DNA of 49,858 bases. Origin: Bigelowiella natans CCMP2755 (taxonomy: Eukaryota; Protista; Cercozoa). The notes under the pieces were generated by a model. It saw nothing but the letters and a program-made list of their open reading frames with translations. It was not told the origin of the DNA and ran no database searches. Positions 12,770 through 23,344 of the stretch are shown piece after piece (position 1 is the stretch's first letter; every line of letters starts with the position of its first letter). The DNA is taken from the NCBI GenBank assembly GCA_000320545.1, contig ADNK01001098.1:1-49858 (forward strand). The letters run 5' to 3'. Made by a program: the position numbers and the translations under genes.

Positions 12770-13260
12770 TTACAAAACAAGCTCTGCACCCTCAAGTACA
12801 GACTCTACATCAGCGATGAGGTCCTTATCTACAGGTGCATCACCGGCAACGGGAACGACAATTAAGGCGACACCACCCGCCTTTGCATACTCCATCACAC
12901 TATGAATCATGAGAAACTCGCTACTACCCCTGCTGCTGCCGCTGCTGCTCTTGCTCAGAGATTCTAATTCTTTCAATCTGAAGCTGGCAGCATTTTCACT
13001 AGTTCGGCACAGATGTAAAAATCCGTTTTCCTCCCCCACTACCTGTCCATTGCCCCGAAGGATGCCATCAGGTACAAGGACCTTTCCAGTCGAGTCGGCA
13101 ACGAAGAGAAGCGTGACAGAGCCGCGAGGGCTGTTGATGATGTCGTCTACACTAAGGAGAAGTTTCGCCTGCTTCTTCATCTGATTGTCCCAAGAGAAAG
13201 GCACACCTAATTCCACTCCGAGCCGTACTGGCCTTCGTAGAACTTGGAAATACATTTCTA

Positions 13261-13298
<38 letters not shown>

Positions 13299-14742
13299 TT
13301 TTGGACATGTCTGTATGATGCTCCACTTATAATAGTAGCACTTCTTCTTGTTCTTGTTCTTCTTCTTCCTCTTCGTCTTCTTCTTCTTCTACCTGTGTTC
13401 CTACGTAGCCTTGAATCCCTCACATGCCAGTGTGCGTATGGGCAGTGCCTGCACCCGTTTCCGCAACAGTACCTTCACACAGCAGACATACTGTGAGTGA
13501 ACATCTATACCGCTGTAAAATGACATCTTCCCCCTCTCGCCAAGCCGTCATAATGCATGGCACCACAGAGCAATTACTTCGCCGTTGCTTTTGTGGAGAT
13601 CAGCGCACGTTGTTCGGCATATACTCTCCTCTCACATGGGAAGCACTCATTTTCTTCCTCATCAAATATTTGTATCGTTTCATCCTCCTCCTCCTCCTCC
13701 TCCTCCTTACTACCCCCTGCTCCGGTTGAGAATCTCTGTCATGACGACATAGCCCGTATCAGGGTCCTCGTAGGTGTTCAGGCCTTTATCGCATGCCTCT
13801 GCGTGTACGAGCTCCCATCTCGGCGCCTCCTTTTCTCTCTCCACCCCTCTTCCCTCCCCATACCCCTCCTTCCCCTCCTCCTCCTCCTCTTCCGCCTCCT
13901 CCTCCTTGATTGCCAAATTGCCCCCTCCCGACCCGTATAGGAGGTGCTGTGTGTTGCTTCCGCTGAGAGCAGGGACCATCTCAAAGGGGAAGTCGTGAGG
14001 AATGAGCTCGGGACGCTGATGCAGCAATCCCACAAGAAACTGGAGAGCATCGAGCAAGCGAGGGCCTGGACGATTGAAGTGCTGATTCCCGTCGACTATC
14101 GCTACTTTTCCCTCCCTAACGCAGCGCAAGCGCTCCCACCAGTCATTGTCGGTGAGACTGGACCAGTCAGAGCTCGTTTCTTTGAGGCCAAACCCGCAGG
14201 GAGAGACTAAGGGAGGGGGAGCGGTGGGGGAGGGGTTGGGAGGGGAATAATGAGAAGGAGGAGAAGGAGAGGGCAGGGAGCCTCAACAACAGCAAAATGT
14301 CCACTCTCGTTCTCCTTTCGGTTTCCCCCTTTCACTGTCTAGTGCTGGTGGCAGCAGCAGCGGCAATATCAAGAGTGTTTTGGTGGTAAGATTGGGGCGT
14401 TGTGGTTTCTGTACGTTGTTAGTGAGTGAGTGAGTGAGTGAGTGAGTGAGTGCTGTTGTTGTTGCTCATTGCTCTTCTAACCGATCAGAAAGTCGGGGTC
14501 AGACTCTAGAAGAGTACTGGGATCTATGGGCACCGACTTCGCCCCCCTCCTGTTCAGAGGGTGCGAAGCTCCTGCGAGCTCTATTAGCTCAGGCGTCCAA
14601 TGTCCCCCGACGAATATCGGGTCCATCCATTCCACAAAAGCCACATTCAACGGGGCTCCTCTCTTCTGTGATGTTCGTTTGGCTTTGTTATATTGCTCAG
14701 TGGCCCAAGCAATAGTCAGGCACTCAATACTTGATCGTTCAT

Positions 14743-14787
<45 letters not shown>

Positions 14788-15806
14788 GAGGAGTGGTGGT
14801 GGGGGGGGGTATGTTGTGTGTGCGTGCGTGCGTGCGTGTGTGTGTGTGTGTGTGTGTGTGGGTAGAAGGGCCCCCCCCCCCTACAGCTTCCCCCCCCGTC
14901 CTCCGTTTCTCATCTTACAGTTTCATCCTCGTTCCGCAGTGCCGCTACCGCTGCTAACTCCTTTCCCGTCTGCGACCAGTATGCCAGCCTTTCTCGTAGA
15001 TCCTTGTGCACAGTGAGCGCTTCAGACTGGAGCGAAATGGCCTCTCCAACGGTTAGCACCGACGCGAGAACGTCATCGAGCGAGTACGGGTTCAGGCTAA
15101 CGACGCGCACAGGATGTGCAAACTTGTCAATACAGCGTTGGACAACTGCTAGGTCCACACTGCAGACCGAACAAAGATCTTGTGTGAGGATGACTGTGGG
15201 TTTCAGTGATTCAAGAAGCGCCTCATCAATCGAATAAAGAGGGCTCGACCCACTGGCTTCTGACAGGGAAGATCGGACCTGAGGGGGAGGGGGTCAGAGG
15301 GAGAAGAGGAAGAATTGAGGAGATGGAAAGGCAGTGGAGATACGGCGTGGAGCTACCATGTTTAACATAAATGGGTTTAGGCACAATCTCAGTTGTTTCG
15401 TCTCGTGGCTTTCCAATGGCTACTATTGATTGCCACAGCAAACCTGTGTGTCGATCTCCTTGCTGCTGAGCGATGTGTCTTGAATCGCTTGACTTGTGAG
15501 AACAGGAAGCTCTCCTAAATAGGTTGGGAAGTCGCACTCATGGCTTCGGCCTACGAGCATGCCATTGTAGCTCGGGGAGGAGGAAGCATCGTCTGTAGAC
15601 TGCCCGCCCCCTGGTGCCTTCTTCTTGCCGTCCCGCAGCTGTTCTTCCTCGATTGCAGCAAAAATTTCCGTAGCAGAGGGCAAGAGTGATACGACTCGGG
15701 GCGTAGAGCTGAAAGGTCTATTTCTTTTCACCCCTCCCCTCGTTCCTATCGTTAGCAAAGGAGCCCCGCTGCACGTTCTGCACGTGCGTCCAATCCTGGT
15801 CGCCAT
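12770..15806 (-). CDS. BtuF-like (cobalamin/Fe-siderophore) substrate-binding domain fused to a DUF5522-like Cys-rich domain and a divergent C-terminal domain; about 6 exons
   Basis: RVVSLLPSATEI..LVGRSHECDFP, LYSIDEALLESLKPTVILTQDLCSVC, AFVEWMDPIFVGGHWTPELIELAG, SPCGF, VAIVDGNQHFNRPGPRLLDAL; then HAEACDKGLNTYEDPDTGYVVMT..RSRG | YCCGNGCRHCPY. Confidence 0.88.
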
Positions 15807-16810
15807 GGGTTATGTTCCGTCGGAGTATAAAGGGAAAAAAGGAAAGAGAAGCTGTTTTTTTTAGAAATAAAATGTAGTGTGTGCTTCGACATTGTCGCAC
15901 TCTGAAATTCCCCGTTGATTTCATCTGTTTTTTTTTTTCCCTTTGTGTGAGGGTGTTGGCATCTCCAACATTTTGGAAATGTAGCATCATCACTGTTCGT
16001 TCGTTTGTTCGTCCGAGTAGGCAAATTCCCGACCGGAGCGGAACCGGCGGGGAAGCCAATTTTCTTCAGATCTTTCCTTCTTTCTCTCCCTATTCTTTCT
16101 TTCTTTTCTTTCCGACCAAAGCAATGAAGCTTGCTCATCAGCTGCGCTAGCATTGCTTTCAACGACACACATGACTTTGTGCGGGCTAGCGGGGATGAGC
16201 GTTTGCAGGAGCCAAGAATTGCAACTGCAGACACAACGCTAACGCGGTCACGCTTCGCGTGTGGTGTGGGGTTTTGCTGTGTCCACTGAAACAAAAAACG
16301 CAGCGCAAGTTTGTTTTGTGCCACCTCGTTGCGTGAGTCACCCTCTGGCTTCTGCTGGTGTGATCTTCACGAGCATGTGACACATGTTGTGTCTGTGGTA
16401 CGATTTTTCTGTCATTGTGCGCACTTGACTCGCATTTCTGCAAGGCAACAATCTTTGATTTCTCGAACGCACATCTCTCACTGCAGCGTTCATTGAATTC
16501 AAAAAAGTCATGTCATTCATGCATGCCATGCTAGCATGCGTCGCTCGCACATGCACTCGCGCACGTGAACGGCTCTGCTTGTGGACAGTGTGCGCACTGG
16601 ATGATCTGGAATGGCATTGCTGGCATTCATGCAGAAGCACTCTCAATCATTGATCGATGTGATGTGCAGATAGCGGGCATCGGTGTTTTTCGCAGACATG
16701 CACCTTTAGCCTGTCCTGCCATCGAAGTCGATGCATGCAATGAGGTGATCGAGAAGTGAAACATGTGCCCAACCCTTCATTTTCAAGCAAGGCATTGATA
16801 GTTGTGCGGT

Positions 16811-18473
16811 CTAATTGCCATCTATTCTTTCGCCTCTATTTTTCATCCATCGTTCATCTGCCTGAAGATCTGCTTCAAATATAACCTGAAAGGTCTTCAT
16901 TTTGGCCATGGCCGCCTTATCCTTCACTGGCAAACCGCCCTCTCTTTCTAGCTGCCCCTTCTATGGAAAATAGCATAGTATTTGATACATTGCTGCAAAG
17001 GCAAGTTACAGTTTTAACTAAAGGCGAATAAATGTGAAATTTCCGAGGGAGAGAAGGGGGGGGGGTACATTTATGTAGGAACGTACTGACCTCCTTCACA
17101 AGAGCAACATCAGCATTGTGCAAGCAACGAAGATATCTGAGATAGGAGATCGTCTTGAAACGGAATATTGATGTATTTCTAAATGAAGAAAGCTTTGCTG
17201 TTCTAAGAAAGAGGATCTCTACCCTTCGCCGCGACATCGAACAGTGGTTGTGAAGTTTTCATTCAGAAAATTCCGATTGCGAATTTTAACTTTTGGGTGT
17301 GGCATTTGAAAACAGAAGAATAAATGCTTACTCAGTGTCTATTAGTTTCGCAGCGATGAAGTCGGGAATCTAAGCGACGATACATTTTTCTTATGATTCG
17401 ATCAGGATATCTCTAGCAGATGAGGGGAAAAGAATGCAAGGAAACTGCAAATACAATACCAGCGTCCTCACAGACATATAAGGTCCTTTATCCTGCCCAA
17501 GCCACCATAGCTTATCCCTGCCACTGCTTGTCAGCTTTGCATCGCAGTTGCAATATCTCATGTCATGGCGATAGCACACAGCGTCTGCAGCTGAACCAGA
17601 GAAGAGGGACAACAAAGTAGTACGATGGGAAAGAGCGAAAGATCGGGACGGGTGAGAGATCAATTCGTTCGCACATGATTTCGTTAGGAAAAGATGACGC
17701 TTCAATCTTTGAATCTTAAAAAGCTGTCAATGTTGCAGAGTACTAGGTTTACTACAACCGTCCATTGGCTCTCGATGAAAGGGGTCTTTACATGCACTCT
17801 GATATTAATGTAAAATTCATGAAAATGATGACGATATGGTAGCGGTATGAGGGCGTTTCATTTAGTATATGTCTCTGCTCTCTATACATAGTAAGGTATC
17901 TGTGACACACCATGCATCACCACCACAACAACCTTGATTTGATTTATCTCCGGGTTCGGCCCGCAAAAATTTCCGTACAATCTCAGAGGATTAATCTCGG
18001 CTTGTGTATCCAAAGATATCGCCTGACGAGGACGGTTGTGACACACACACACACACACACACAAAAACGCTCATAAAATTGGGCGGTGCTGAGGAAAGGG
18101 GATGGGATATTGAAATATATGTTGAGTTGAGACCATTGACAATGTGATTCCCGCTATGATATTCAGAAAGGGGCGCGATCGGGATGGAGTTCGTCTAGGA
18201 AGCATGGGAGGAACTTTGGAGACAAATTTACGTTGAGGCCCGGCAGGAGCGAGTGACTTCGCGATGTTTGCAATAGTAGTAGAAGTAGTAATAGTCGTAG
18301 CACAAAGGAACCCCAGCAGCAAGAATCCCAACAACTTGCTCCTTTTTCCCTTGGCCGCTGGCACCCTGGAAGTCTACACGAGTAGCAATAAGTCGGTCTC
18401 AGCTTCCACAGAACGGCGTTATTGCATTATTTTATTTTGTGCGAGCTCGAAGTAGTACCATATGCATCGCCAT
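16811..18473 (-). CDS. Secreted-type (His-Asp) phospholipase A2-like protein with N-terminal signal and transit-like extension; about 8 exons
   Basis: MAMHM | TSRVPAAKGKRSKLLGFLLLGFLCA.. then Ca-loop LYGNFCGP, EPMD | AADAVCYRHDMRYCNCD, later EYLRCLHNADVALVKE. Stop TAG at 16811-16813. Confidence 0.8.
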
Positions 18474-19351
18474 GGCAGCTATAGTCCGGCCGATAACCAG
18501 CTGAGCTGCTTTGGTTCGAATAGGCTAAGAACAGAATAAAAGTGAAACCATAAATAGACCATTGCAGTCCTTAGACGACGGACATGTTGGCAACCTCTGC
18601 TCCGAAGCAGGGGGGCGGCGACTAACTTCTCGGGCGGCCGGAACTTTGATAGAAAAGATTGTAGAAATCAGGAAAAATCCCGCAAGGATATTGTCGCATG
18701 TAGAGAACGGCCATCTTTTCTGTAATAGCCCTCTGGCGTCAATGCTGATGTGAATTCTTTCTTGCGACATAAGTTTTGTTGATTTTATAGTATCAAATAC
18801 GCCTGTGTTCCGGTTCGAGTGCCAACGCCGAAATTTTGGCCGATCAAGCGCTCCCCACCCCTTATTTCTTAGCGAAGGCCGCTCGGGCGTGCGGAGATTT
18901 TTCTGAACGCCTCGGTTATCATCAAAATTACGTAGATGTAGTCGTGCTAGGTAGATGGGAAACGAGGCGATGTTCGGTAATCGGTAGCCATTCGGGTTTC
19001 TGAGCGACGAAAGAGAATGAAAAATAAATAGAGACGAAGTATGTTGGATCTCCACGTTCGGCTAAGCATGTCTATACATGCATTAACTTTGTGGTATTCC
19101 TTTACCCTACATTTTTGGGTAACCATGGCACGCCGTCGACCTCCACAATGCGCTTCGAAGCGTGGAGTGCTTATGGGATAGATGAATACGTAACATGCAC
19201 GTCGGCTTCTTCCGTTTCCCTCTTACTTTTCATAGCCATTATCCTCCACCCTCTGAGAGAATCCAATTAATGATCTTCTTTCTCAATGCTTTTCTCTTTA
19301 TGCTTTGACACTGCAGCGGCGAATCTTGCCTAGCTCTCCTCCCCACCCGCC

Positions 19352-21307
19352 ATGGGGCAGCAGCTGGTGTGCCGTGGCGGAGCGTCACAGGACCACAGAG
19401 CACGGATTCTGGGAGAAATCGTCTCCAGTGAGCAGAAATATCTGCGGAATCTCAGAACGCTCGAGCACGTCTACAAAATCCCGATGGAGAAACGCCTGAA
19501 GAAACTAGGAGGCGTAACGACAGACGACGTCAAAATGATGTTTGGCAACTTGTCCTCAATCATAGACCTCCATGAGTTAATATGCCGTGACTTTGAAGAC
19601 AACCTACAGCAGGCCCCGGAGACATTACAAAAATATTCCAAGTTTTTCCTTCTCTACATCCAATACTCCAACGGATACATGGAGGCTACGCAAAAGGTGG
19701 AGATGCTTAGGATGGGGAAGCGCTTTCGAACCTTTCTCGAGGACCAGAAGGAAGGCAGGGGGACTGTTCCAGCGGCGCCGAATATGCAAGTGCAGGATAT
19801 TTCTTCGTACTTAATCATGCCCATTCAGAGGGTGCCTCGCTACGAGCTCCTCCTACGGGAACTGTTATCGAAAACGCCCGACACACATATGCAGAAGCCG
19901 CAGATAGAATCGGCTCTGCAAGCGATCAAAGAGTCTGCAAAACAACTGAACGAGATGAAGCGCCAGTGTGAGTCGGCCGCTACGCTAGCAGAGTATTATC
20001 ACAGCATGAAGGGGGCTCCAAAGGATTTCTCGTTGCTTCGCGCAGGGAGATGTTTCCTTTCTTTTACTCCGGCCTTCTTCATGGCTGAGGGCTCCTCCTC
20101 CCCCTCCTCCTCCTTTTCAATGTCAAGTGGACGCAGAAAGAAGTGGGTCGAGGGTTATCTGCTCCTGTGCAACGATTTAGCTGTTCTACTGGACACTGGG
20201 TACAGCTACCTGTGGCACTGTATGCTGGAGCACGCACACTTCTCCGAGGTGGTTCACAATGCTGAGAAAATCAAGTTTTCATCATCGAACCCTAGCCTCA
20301 CCTCTTCGGACACTTCACGCCCCTTTGTAATGCGAATCGTGGCGGGAGAGAAGGAGAACCCGAAAAAGAAGAGGCGGAACTGGCCGTGGAGGAGTAGGAA
20401 AAAGAAGAACCCCGAGGAAAAGGGAGAGAAGGACCAGGATTCTCTGCAACATAGACGCGTCTCGTGGCTGGCAAGCACTGCCGCCGATCATAAGACAGGG
20501 GTGGCCCTACTCAAGCAAGTTCATGAGGCTACAGCACTGCTCGTACAGAATCAGCAATCGATGCTGTCCGCACAAAGAAGCGGTGGGAGTGGTTTCGATC
20601 CTGGATCAGGCAAGAAGGAAGAAGCGCGAGGTAGTATTCTGGCAGGGCTGGCGGGTTGGGCTTCCAGCCTCGGCTGGAAGGTCGAAAGGGACCCGTTTCT
20701 GACCATCTTAGACAACTTCCGAGCGACACGCCGCCCCCCTCGAGTTGTGGCGGCCGGTAGGACGGCCTTGGACGGAATTGGGGTGTATCGTGAGTTTGTC
20801 GCGGGCGATGCGGTAGCTCCGATCAATGGCGAAGAGCTTGTAATACACATTCCAAACACCGATGCGCTGATATTTGCGCTGCATAACCGCCGTACGTCAC
20901 CCCGTACAACGACGCAGCAGGCTCAGACACAGGCACAGCAGCAGCGACAACTACAACAGCATCAAGAGGGTGATGAATCCTCCTCTGCAAATGAGAAGCG
21001 AAAGAGGGGAGAGGACGGCCTTCGCGACTGTGTCCTTGTAACCAACAGAAGGGTGCTAGAGCTGAAGGAAGGCAAGGTGAGGCTAGAGATTCCGCTTGAC
21101 CACGTGCAATCCGCTATGCATAGCAGCAAGGACTCTGCAGATGAGCATGATGAGGTCTCTGTGAAGGTACACACGGGTGTCAAGTTTAGGGTCAGTGTTT
21201 GGCACAAGCAGGCTGCAGAATACCTGACGGCATGCCTTCAGTTCATCGCAGGGGAGTTACAGAAAGAGGCTGCTGCGGTGAATAAGGGAACAACGGCGGC
21301 AAGGTAA
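19352..21307 (+). CDS. RhoGEF (DH-PH) protein, intronless CDS, with a C-terminal PH-like segment
   Basis: 651-aa ORF: HRARILGEIVSSEQKYLRNL..MFGNLSSIIDLH..SYLIMPIQRVPRYELLLRELLSKTPDTH..LNEMKR (DH), YLLLCNDLAVL (PH). gccATGG start with an in-frame stop just upstream. Confidence 0.93.
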   Translation: MGQQLVCRGGASQDHRARILGEIVSSEQKYLRNLRTLEHVYKIPMEKRLKKLGGVTTDDVKMMFGNLSSIIDLHELICRDFEDNLQQAPETLQKYSKFFLLYIQYSNGYMEATQKVEMLRMGKRFRTFLEDQKEGRGTVPAAPNMQVQDISSYLIMPIQRVPRYELLLRELLSKTPDTHMQKPQIESALQAIKESAKQLNEMKRQCESAATLAEYYHSMKGAPKDFSLLRAGRCFLSFTPAFFMAEGSSSPSSSFSMSSGRRKKWVEGYLLLCNDLAVLLDTGYSYLWHCMLEHAHFSEVVHNAEKIKFSSSNPSLTSSDTSRPFVMRIVAGEKENPKKKRRNWPWRSRKKKNPEEKGEKDQDSLQHRRVSWLASTAADHKTGVALLKQVHEATALLVQNQQSMLSAQRSGGSGFDPGSGKKEEARGSILAGLAGWASSLGWKVERDPFLTILDNFRATRRPPRVVAAGRTALDGIGVYREFVAGDAVAPINGEELVIHIPNTDALIFALHNRRTSPRTTTQQAQTQAQQQRQLQQHQEGDESSSANEKRKRGEDGLRDCVLVTNRRVLELKEGKVRLEIPLDHVQSAMHSSKDSADEHDEVSVKVHTGVKFRVSVWHKQAAEYLTACLQFIAGELQKEAAAVNKGTTAAR

Positions 21308-21930
21308 CAAGTTCGTTGTGTTTCTACAGTATAAGGCATATACCTCGCTCTCAGAGCCTTCGTTAGGACTTGGATCTCTTTGGAATGCATGTCAATCAGG
21401 GCACATAGTGCACGTTCTGACCGCAACGTAGCTGTACATTTGTACATTTTTTGTATATATACAATATGTACTAGTGTATAGCTGATAATGGTGAAGCTGG
21501 TCTATAAATAGTGACTTGTTCTTATTCATATTCATGCACATCGTATACACCTTCCTCTATTACTCGCCAACAATGCTCTCGCATCTCTTGATGGCATGCT
21601 TATGCATGATGCTCTTACTTATACTATTTTACCTGTGAACGCTTATTATTGTTACTGGCTATGCAAGCAAAGTATGCAGAGGTATTATTTGCTTTGCAAT
21701 GCACATCGTATGCACTACTAACTAGCTTATAGGCACAGGTGCACATACATAACAGCTGAAGCATAATGCATGTACCACGGCGATGCTATAACAGAAGCAT
21801 TTACCAATGTAATGCGTGCGAGCGTTGTTGCTTAACCGTAGTGTGTTCTCTCAAAAAACAGGTGTGAAAGCATCGTAGAAGGGTCTTAGGCACGTGTACG
21901 CACATGAATACTTACTATAATCCTTGATAA

Positions 21931-21981
21931 TTGCTACGATGTTACTATGATTGCTACGATGTTACTATAATTGCTACGATG
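21931..21981. repeat. 20-bp tandem repeat (ttgctacgatgttactatRa), about 2.5 copies
   Basis: Read directly: 21931-21950, 21951-21970 and a partial copy at 21971-21981. Confidence 0.9.
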
Positions 21982-22183
21982 ATGTACATCACAACTCTAC
22001 TCGGTCGCCGTGGAAAATGGAACACCGCAACGCGGCTTTCTGTAGATAACTCGCTGGTTCCTCTAATTCCATCGCCTACATGAGCTCTGTCGCATCTCTG
22101 GATTATCGTACCAATGCTGCGGTGCCGATTTGTAAACATGCTACAACGGAACAGCAGCATGTCGACCTGACCTAGCTTCACCA

Positions 22184-23344
22184 TCATTCTTTCTCACTGG
22201 ACCCCCCCCCCTCAGAGCCGTTTGATGGATTCCAGAGTCCCGCGGCCGTACAACGATCCATGTGCTTCTTAGCTTCTTCAACGGGCATTTCTCGGATCGC
22301 TTTTTGAAGAGCTGGCATATCCTTACTTGCAAAAGCCTCGCGCAGTTTCTCGGGCAGACTTTCCAGGACTTCAATGGGATCTAAGCCACCAGGACCCATC
22401 CGTTCTTCTTTAGAGAGTTCTACATACTCGTACTCTTTTCCATCTTCTCCAACGAAGGTTTTCCTGTTTTTTCTTTCCTCCTCCTGCTCCTTCAGTTTCA
22501 CCTTGGCGCGCTCTTTGATCTTCTTAGAAAACGACTCGACTTCTTCACGCAAGCCCGCCATTTTTTCCCCTGATTCAAGCTTCTTGAAGAACGGCAATAG
22601 AACCTCTCGAGGATCGGTCTTTCCCATTGACTTTGTGAGATCCAGAACGTACTGCACAATAAGATACTGCTTCACTACCTTCTTCATAGCATCGCTCTTG
22701 CCATTCATTTCGAGGTCGAGGGACCTCAGGAGAAGGAAACCCGAGGTGTGCTCATGCAATAATTCTGGATTTTTAATCAGAAATCCTTGACTGAGACTTT
22801 CAGTCGTCAGCTTAGAATATGCTTCGAGCTTCGATTCAAACCGCTTAACAAAGTCCTCATATTCTAAATTCTTAATGTTCTCGTCAATTTTTTTCGGTGT
22901 GTTGACGACGGTGCGGTCCTCCACAACATGACACATCTCCTCGGGTTTCCACTTTTTGCGTCTGTTAATTGCGAGAATTTCCCGGTCTCGCTTTTTTATC
23001 GCTGCAAGTATGTTTTTCTCCTTTTCCTCAAGCTTTGTCTTATCTTCAGCTTTCTCTTTCTGTGCTTGAATCTCCGAGAGTTCTTTCTTGTCCTTCTCGT
23101 TTTCGCTTTCAAGAAGAGTTTTCCTTGCTAGATCTTCAGATGCCTTCTTCTCGCGCTTTTCTTTCATGAGGCGGCGCCAGAGTTTCTTGTCAATGTTGGG
23201 GTGGCAGTCGTCATCATCGTCGCTGCTACATACGATGTTGTCCCATTTCGAATAATTCTGAAAACATATGTATTGGTAAGTATTGTATACGCTACCCTTT
23301 GTCACACAAAGGAACATGTCATCAGTGCCTATCACCAGCGCCAT
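22184..23344 (-). CDS. CDC37: Hsp90 kinase co-chaperone Cdc37; 2 coding exons
   Basis: MAL | NYSKWDNIVCSSDDDDDCHPNIDKKLWRR and GPGGLDPIEVLESLPEKLREAF..HMDRCTAAGLWNP are hallmark Cdc37 N- and C-terminal motifs. Likely start is ccaccATGG at 23344, followed by a short in-frame intron. Confidence 0.95.
   Translation of the reverse strand: MALVIGTDDMFLCVTKGSVYNTYQYICFQNYSKWDNIVCSSDDDDDCHPNIDKKLWRRLMKEKREKKASEDLARKTLLESENEKDKKELSEIQAQKEKAEDKTKLEEKEKNILAAIKKRDREILAINRRKKWKPEEMCHVVEDRTVVNTPKKIDENIKNLEYEDFVKRFESKLEAYSKLTTESLSQGFLIKNPELLHEHTSGFLLLRSLDLEMNGKSDAMKKVVKQYLIVQYVLDLTKSMGKTDPREVLLPFFKKLESGEKMAGLREEVESFSKKIKERAKVKLKEQEEERKNRKTFVGEDGKEYEYVELSKEERMGPGGLDPIEVLESLPEKLREAFASKDMPALQKAIREMPVEEAKKHMDRCTAAGLWNPSNGSEGGGSSEKE

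Noticed and set aside
13595-13670. Possible intronic C/D-box snoRNA (TGATGA...CTGA on the minus strand) in the BtuF gene
   Set aside because: No terminal stem and no rRNA-complementary guide recognised. TGATGA is ubiquitous here because of (GAT)n repeats.
18480-18830. GGTTCGA motifs suggesting tRNA T-loops (also near 28946)
   Set aside because: No cloverleaf or acceptor stem could be formed around them.
18525-19055. 176-aa minus-strand ORF between PLA2 and RhoGEF
   Set aside because: Non-ATG start, no motif, and it lies in the divergent promoter/UTR region.
21931-21981. Regularly spaced 20-bp repeats as a CRISPR-like array
   Set aside because: Head-to-tail tandem copies with no spacers, no cas genes and a eukaryotic context.
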